Positions 51,901 through 58,887 of a DNA stretch of 58,887 nucleotides are shown piece after piece (the first letter of the stretch is position 1; every line of letters starts with the position of its first letter). The stretch lies in assembly GCF_036365525.1 (NCBI RefSeq), contig NC_090379.1, positions 45,373,923 to 45,432,809 on the forward strand, given 5' to 3'. The DNA comes from Heterodontus francisci (taxonomy: Eukaryota). Both the position numbers and the translations under genes were made by a program. The notes beneath the pieces are model-generated. The model searched no databases. It saw only the letters and a list, made by a program, of their open reading frames with translations, and was not told the origin of the DNA.

Positions 51901-52930
51901 ACTGGCCTCTGATTACTCGCTCTATCCCTTCCTCCCTTTTCAAACAATGGTACAAGTTAGCAGTCCTCCAGTTCTTGGGCACCAAGCCTGTAGCCAGAGA
52001 GGATTGGAAAATGATGGTCAGAGCTCTGCTATTTCCTCCTTTGCTTCCCTTAGTAGCCTGAGATATATCTCATCTCAGTATGTCGATTTATCCACTTTCA
52101 AAGATGTTAAACACCTTAATATTTCCTCTCTATGTTTATACCATCTAATATTTCACCCTCCTCCTTCTTAATTACAATGTTTGCATCGTTCCTCACTTTT
52201 GTGAAAATAAAGTATTTATTAATAACCATGCCCAAGACTTGCATTTCCACACAAACGTTACCTATTTTTCCTCTGATTGGCCCTTACGCTTACCTTAGTC
52301 TCTTAGTTTCTTGCTTTTTATGTATCGATAAAACATCTTTGGGTTCTCCTTGGCTTTATTTGCCAATATTTTTTCATGTCCTCTCTTTGCTTTTCGGGTT
52401 TCCATTTTCTCCCCCCATTTCCTATACTTCGCTATACTTCTGCAGTATTGAACTTCCCATATCGGACATAATCTTCCCTTTTTTGCCTTATCCTACTCTG
52501 TATGCAGTTTGAGATTCAGGGGACTAGATTTGGGAGTCACACCCTTTTTTTGCTTTCTGGGAACATATTTATTTTGATCCCTCTCTATCTCTTCCTTGAA
52601 TACTTCCCACTGCTTTGACATTGATTTACCTTAAAGTAGCTGTTTCCAGTCCACACCTCAGTTTAGTAGAATTGACATTTCCTGAACTTCAAACTTTTAA
52701 TCTTCGTCTATGTTTTGCCCTTTTCCATGACCACACTACATCGAACTGAAATATGATCACAAACACCAAAATGTCGCTCACTGATACTCCTTGCACCTGA
52801 TCGGCATCATTTCCTAAAAGTAAATCCAGAATTGCCCCTTCTCTTGTTGGGCTTGCTATATACTGACAAAAAAAAGTTCTCCGAAATGCACCCTCTATAC
52901 CTTTAACACAGATGTTATTCCGGTTAACAT
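48980..52930 (-). mobile_element. Minus-strand CR1 interrupted by a plus-strand CR1 (~49356-50760)
   Basis: ORF 49573..49872 (VDIVYLDFQKAFNKVPHKRL) on plus; ORFs 49162..49344 and 51691..51888 (LIKDSQHGFVK) on minus. The host resumes at 50761. Confidence 0.83.
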
Positions 52931-53334
52931 TAGGGTAGTTCTCAGCAATTTGCCTACTGGAAAGGCTGGCTATGCTTAAAGTGGATCAGTCACCTGGTCC
53001 AAATGGCTTGCACCCAAGGTTGCTGAAGGAAATGGCAGTGGAGATAGCACAGAAGAGCTTTCCATAATCTTCCTATCTTCACTAGATACGGAAGAGGATG
53101 GGAGAGCGGCAAATGTTATTCAAGAAAGGGTGTAAAGACAGTCGTGGTAACTACAGCCAGTCAGTTTAACATCATTGGTGGGTAAGGTCTTAGAAACAAT
53201 AATCAGGAAAAAAACAACAGGCACTTGGAGAGGTTTCAGCTAATTAATGATAGCCAGCACGGATTTGTGAAAGGCAGATCATGCTTGACTAATCTAGTTG
53301 AACTTTTTTGATAAAGTAACTGAGAAGGTTGATG

Positions 53335-53515
53335 CGCAAGGGGAGAGCCAACTGTGTAACAGCCCCGACAAACAAATTTCTCTGCAGCACCTGTGGAAGA
53401 GCCTGTCACTCTAGAATTGGCCTTTATAGCCACTCCAGGCGCTGCTTCACAAACCACTGACCACCTCCAGGCGCTTACCCATTGTCTCTCGAGATAAGGA
53501 GGCCAAAGAAGAAGA
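53335..53515 (+). mobile_element. RTE-clade LINE 3' end
   Basis: Encodes FLCSTCGRACHSRIGLYSHSRRC..* (the C-terminal CxxC..SRIGL.SH motif of RTE/BovB-type ORFs), followed by a short 3'UTR and a (gaa)n tail. Confidence 0.82.
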
Positions 53516-54683
53516 TTCAGATTTTAAGAACGCATCTGACAAAGTACAAAGGCTGGTTAAAAAAATTGAGGCATATGGAATAGGAAAGTAGTCTCATCTT
53601 GGAATAAAAACAACCGTTTAAGGACAGAAAACAAAAAGTCATAGTAAATGGTTATTTTTTAGATGGAGGAATGGTAGACAGCATTGTTCTAGTCAGTGCT
53701 AGGACCACTGCTTTTTTGATATATGTAAATGGCATGGATATTGGAAAAGAGAGTAACATTTCAAAATTTGCAGATGACACCAAACTTGGAGAAGTGGCAA
53801 ACAGTGAAGATGATACAAATCAACAGCAACAGGACGTAGAATCATAGAAAGATTACGGCACAGAAAGAGGCCACTTGGCTGATTGTATCTGCGCCAGCTG
53901 AAAAACGAGCCACCCAGTCTAATCCCAACTTCCAGCATTTGGTCCGTAGCCCTGCAGGTTACGGCACTTGAGGTGCATATCCAGACACTTTTTAAATGAC
54001 TTTAGGGTTTCTGCCTCCACTACCCTTTCAGGCAGTGAGTTCCAGACCCCCACCACCCTCTGGGTGAATTTTTTTTTCCTCATCTCCCTTCGTCAAATCT
54101 TTCTACCAATCACTTTAAATCTATGCCCCCCTAGTTACTGAACTCTCTGCTAAGGTAAATAGGCTATTCATATCCATTCTATCCAGGCCTTCACAATTTT
54201 GTACATTTCAATCAGATCTCCCCTCAGCCTTTGTTCCATGGAGAACCCCAGCCTATCCAATCTTTCCTCATAGCTGCATTTTTCCAGTCCTGGCAACATT
54301 CTCATAAATCTCCTTTGTACTCTCTGTCGTACAATTACATCCTTTCTGTAATGAGGTGACCAAAACTGCACACAGTACTCAAGTTGTGTCCTAACCAAAT
54401 ATTTATATAGTTCCAGCATAACCTCCCTGCTCTGATATTTGATACGGCTAATAAAGGAAAGGATTCCATATGCCTTCTTAACCACCTTATCGACCTGTCC
54501 TGCTACCTTCAGGGATCTGTGGACATTCATTCCAAGGTCCCTCACTTCCTCTACACCTCTCAGTATTCTACCATTAATCATGTATTCCTTTGCCTTGTTT
54601 GACTTCCCCAAATGCATCACCTCACACTTCTCCAGGCTGAATTCCATTTGCCACTTTTCTGCCCACCTGACCAGCCCATCGAT

Positions 54684-55038
54684 ATTAGATTAGATTAGAG
54701 ATACAGCACTGAAACAGGCCCTTCGGCCCACCGAGTCTATGCCGACCATCAACCACCCATTTATACTAATCCTACACTAATCCCATATTCCTACCAAACA
54801 TCCCCACCTGTCCCTATATTTCCCTACCACCTACCTATACTAGTGACAATTTATAATGGCCAATTTACCTATCAACCTGCAAGTCTTTTGGCTTGTGGGA
54901 GGAAACCGGAGCACCAGGAGAAAACCCACGCAGACACAGGGAGAACTTGCAAACTCCACACAGGCAGTACCCAGAATCGAACCCGGGTCCCTGGAGCTGT
55001 GAGGCTGCAGTGCTAACCACTGCGCCACTGTGCCGCCC
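54684..55038 (-). mobile_element. HE1-like V-SINE, young full-length copy
   Basis: Nearly identical to 29543-29903; (ctaat)n tail. Confidence 0.95.
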
Positions 55039-55433
55039 TTCCTGTATCTTCCTGTAGTCTACAGCCATCATCCTCGCTACCTACTACATGACCAATCTTT
55101 GTGTCATCTGCAAACCTCTTGATTATACCACAAAAAGCAGAGGACCCAGTACTGAGCCCTGTGGAACGCCACCAAAAACAGCCCTCCCCGTTGCAAAAAC
55201 ACCCGTCAACAATTACTCTTTGTTTCCTGCCACTGAGCCAATTTTGTATCCACCTTGCAACATTTCCCTGAATCCCATGGGCTTTTATCTTTTTAAGCAG
55301 TCTGCCATATCAAGGCTTCTCAAAAGCCTTGCTAAAATCCATGTAGACCACATCAACTGCACTATACTCATCAATCTTCCTTGTTTCTTCGAAAATGTTG
55401 ATCAAGTTGGTCAAACAAGATCTTCCCTTCACA

Positions 55434-55783
55434 GGCGGCACAGTGGCGCAGTGGTTAGCACTGCAGCCTCACAGCTCCAGGGACCCGGGTTCGATTCCGG
55501 GTACTGCCTGTGTGGAGTTTGCAAGTTCTCCCTGTGTCTGCGTGGGTTTTTTCCGGGTGCTCCGGTTTCCTCCCACAAGCCAAAAAGACTTGCAGGTTGA
55601 TAGGTAAATTGGCCATTATAAATTGTCACTAGTATAGGTAGGTGGTAGGGAAATATAGGGACAGTTGGGGATGTTTGGTAGGAATATGGGATTAGTGTGT
55701 AGGATTAGTATAAATGGGTGGTTGATGTTCGGCACAGACTCGGTGGGCCGAAGGGCCTGTTTCAGTGCTGTATCTCTAATCTA
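55434..55783 (+). mobile_element. HE1-like V-SINE, young full-length copy
   Basis: ggcggcacagtggcgcagtggttagc (A box), ggttcgattcc (B box), V-domain, ctaat tail. Confidence 0.95.
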
Positions 55784-58050
55784 AAATCCATGCTGACTAT
55801 CCTTGATTAATCTGTGCCCTTCTAAGTGACATAGAGAAGCTAGCAGAATGGGCAGATAAGTGGCAAATGAAATTTAATTAAGACAAGTGTGAAGTGATGT
55901 ATTTTGACAGAAAGGATGGGGAAAGGTCATATAAAGTTAATGGCACAGTTCTAAAGAGTGTGCAGGGACAGAGGGCCCTGGGGGAGTATGTGCATAGATC
56001 TTTGAAGATGGTAGGATATATTGAGAAACTGGTCAGCAAAGCATATGGCCACTTGGGCTTCATAAATAGAGGCATTAAGTACAAAAGCAGGGAAGTTATG
56101 CTGAACTTTTATAAAGCTCTGGTTAGACCACAACCCGAGTGCTGTATCCAGTTCTGGTGACTACACTTTGGGAAGGATGTGAGGGTCCTTAAGAGGGTGC
56201 AGGGGAGGTTTGCCAAAATGATTCGAGGGATGAGAGATTTTAGCTGCAAGGTTAGGTTGCAGAAGCTGGGGTTGTTCTCCTTGGAGCAAAGGAGATTGAA
56301 GGGAGATTTGATAGAGGTGTACAAGATTGTGAAAAGTTTGGATAAGGTACAGAAAGAAAAACTATTCCCATTAGCTGACTTAGGGACACAGATTTAAGGT
56401 TTTGGGGAAGCAATGTAGGGGAAATGTGAGGAAGTACATTTATACAATATACATTTTATAATGACCTGGACCACTCTGCCCATGAGGGTGCTGGAGGCAG
56501 AGACAATCAATGATTTCAAAAGAAATTGGATGGACATTTGAAGGAAATAAACTTGCAGGACTACGGGAATAAAGCAGGGAAATGGGACTGACTGGATTAC
56601 TCTGCGGAGAACGGGCATGGACTTGAATGGCCTCCTTCAATGCCATAAATAACTGAGTCATATTTGTTCTTCTACCTCTTTCTGACTGTTTGAGGTTCTA
56701 TTTACTCCCAGCAATGTGACTGCCCCTTTTTGTTCCTCAGTTCAACCCATTTTTGATCATTTGGTGATCCTTCTAGCATATCATCTCTCCTCACAGTTGT
56801 GATTGTTTCTTTAACCAATATTGTGACCCCCACCCTTCTTTTTTTTAATCTCCCTCTCTATCCCTTATCTAGCAACGTTAAGCTGCTAATCCTGTCCTTC
56901 GTTAAGCCACATTTCAGTAATTGCCATATCATACTTCCATGTGTCAATGTGCCCTCAGCTCATCTGCCTTATTCATTAGGCTCCATGCACTGAAGTACAA
57001 TCATTGAACATCTCCTTTGTTGTCTATTTTCTAGCCTTTGTTCCCTCTGCTGTCCATACTCGCCGACAAATTTTCTGCCATCCATTCTTCTGTATTCATC
57101 TATAGTTTTGTCACAAACCAAGTTTCTTCCATAATATTCAAAACACTTCCACAAATATTTGATGAACTCGAGCGTCACCTATAAAGCCCGACGATTATAG
57201 AAACTCACACCAGTGACTAGACAATGTAGTGGCTAGAACACTGTATTTTCACCTCTGGAAAATGGGATTCAATCCAGCCCAGACTGGGTCCCATGGAAAA
57301 CAGAAATGCAGTAGGGAGTGGGGGCGCACGGACTGGAGGAGGAGGTGGCGCAGCAGCATGTGAATGGGAGGACGGCCTGGGAGGTATGGATTGAGGGATG
57401 GGATGGCATGGGGGTTGGGGGTGGGATGGCATAGGAAGAAGGGGTGGAATGGGGATGATATAAGAGGGATGAAAGGAGTGGGAAGGGTATGGCATGGGAA
57501 GGATGGGGATTAAAAGGAGTACTGTTGCAATAAAAATACTAATTTCACTGCAAATATTTTGCAGGACTTTGTTAGTCTTAATTAAAAGACACTTTATTTT
57601 ACAGTGTTGCCATTGACAGCAGCACAATTTCTACAAAAGTGCCACAATGAAACTCAGGTTACACTGTAGCTTCTAGGGAACCATTCTGAAGAGATGATAT
57701 TCAGCTGTTCCTCAGGAGGCAGCTGTACCATTGGCAGCAAATGTAAACTGGAAGCTTTTGGTGGAGCGTGGCATCACAATTCTTGACCATTTAGCCCAAC
57801 ACTACAGGTTAGTGATGTCGTTTTACCTCATGGCCACAATTGTAAATCATGATTACAACTTTCAAGTAAATACATGTATAACTGTGTATATACTATTCTG
57901 CAACGATGTTTTTGTATTGCCACTGATACTATTAACTTAACTCTGCGATGTAAATGTTGCCAGAAATTAGGTTTTCTAACTCTACACCAAATCATAAGGT
58001 GAACTATTAAATAAACTACCTGACTCAGACATGGAAGGTCATGCATGGAA

Positions 58051-58264
58051 CAAAGTTAGAAATAGCTGGAAACACTCAGGTCAGGCAACATCTGTGGATA
58101 AAACAGACAAAACAATGTGAATATGGCTCCTTCCTCAAAACTGAGTCCTGAAAAAGGATCTGTACTCAAAATGTGTTGTCTGTTCTCTCCATAGATGCTG
58201 TCTGACCTGGTAAATGTTTAGAGCTTTCTGTTTCAGATTTTCAGCACATGCAGTATTTTGCTTT
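58051..58264. mobile_element. Older palindromic Penelope-derived mini-element
   Basis: Same layout as 27573-27803 (gctggaaacactcaggtcaggcaacatctgtgga .. tccatagatgctgtctgacctgg .. ttcagattttcagcacatgcagtattttgcttt) but much more diverged. Confidence 0.75.
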
Positions 58265-58625
58265 ACAAAGTGATTCCTGACAACGCTGGCCGCCACTGAC
58301 ATCATCAGGCTGCGCCGCGGTGCGCACATGCGCAGACGGTCTCCTGCTCTCGGCGCAGGCGCTGCGTTCTAGCTTGCCAGGACTGGTTAGCGCATGTGCC
58401 GATGCGGGACGTCTGCATCTTCGGGCAACAGGCCTGATTGGCCTTTGCACATGCACTTTATGCAACGCCAACAGGTATTCATGCATGCGTCAAGCTCCGG
58501 CGCGAGTTTCTGAAAGTGGAAGGAGGAACGGTTTTGTCGGCCATTTTCTCGCAATTATTCAGTCGTTTTGAAGATTTCAGTCTGCTTCATTTTTTATCAG
58601 AAAGAGGAGATTGCTCCAAGGTACG

Positions 58626-58875
58626 TTGCTCTGAAAACATTTCCATTGTCTGGGGCACTGCCTGTGTTCCAGTCCACTGCACTGCACTAAAATCCTTTCC
58701 ATTGTCAGGGACTGTGTGCAGGCAGTACATGTGCTCCAGTCCCTGTTGTAAATTGCTCTGAAAACATTTCCATTGTCTGAGGCACTGCATGTGCTCCAGT
58801 CCACTGCACTGAAATCCTTTCCATTGTTTGAGGCTGTGTGCAGGCAGGACATGTGCTCCAGTTCCTGTTGTAAGT
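58626..58875. repeat. Tandem repeat, ~125-bp unit, two copies, each made of two related subunits
   Basis: ttgctctgaaaacatttccattgtctg recurs at 58626 and 58753; tttccattgt..gtg(c/t)tccagt occurs four times. Confidence 0.85.
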
Positions 58876-58887
58876 TTCTCTGTTCCA

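Larger units (their letters stand above)
52950..56650 (+). mobile_element. Plus-strand CR1 interrupted by an RTE fragment and a minus-strand CR1 (53841-55827)
   Basis: RT peptides on both strands (54168..54647 minus; 55894..56160 and 56179..56397 plus). gacgtaga/gacataga at the junctions (53833-53840, 55828-55835). Confidence 0.83.

Noticed and set aside
55434-55510. tRNA genes (A/B boxes here and at ~23095-23185, ~9650-9768)
   Set aside because: These are SINE or LINE heads continuous with repeat bodies and do not form complete cloverleaves.
58626-58875. CRISPR-like repeat-spacer array
   Set aside because: Eukaryotic context, and the intervening segments are themselves repeated rather than unique spacers.
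21012-58887. First coding exon of WDR25 or a nested protein-coding gene
   Set aside because: No ORF or exon matching the WDR25 N-terminal region or any other recognisable non-TE protein was found. The exon presumably lies beyond the window, although a small exon could have been missed by eye.

Overview
Vertebrate genomic DNA, very likely from a cartilaginous fish (inferred from HE1-type V-SINEs and the CR1/Penelope repeat landscape). The whole window lies inside one minus-strand gene, WDR25. Four internal coding exons (148, 131, 171 and 141 nt, with canonical AG/GT sites) splice into one open WD40 reading frame. The first coding exon and the last exon lie outside the window, so 21012-58887 is one long intron. 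Most of the remainder is nested transposable-element debris: classical CR1 LINEs, a second CR1/L2-group LINE ('family A'), L2, RTE, a Penelope-like element, hAT elements, MITEs, a probable solo LTR and several SINE families. Nearly all ORFs in the supplied track are TE fragments or noise. Three signals stand out. (1) Family A appears to be an ORF1-less LINE whose 5' end is a tRNA-like Pol III head, and an internal-deletion series running from LINE to SINE is visible in this window. (2) Penelope-derived minimal hammerhead ribozyme motifs occur, including a 231-bp palindromic mini-element with a 14-bp TSD. (3) Inverted young SINEs bracket a 591-nt, phase 0-0, stop-free block of exons. Exon numbers and repeat family names come from recall, not from a database search. 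Repeat boundaries are approximate unless a TSD is given.
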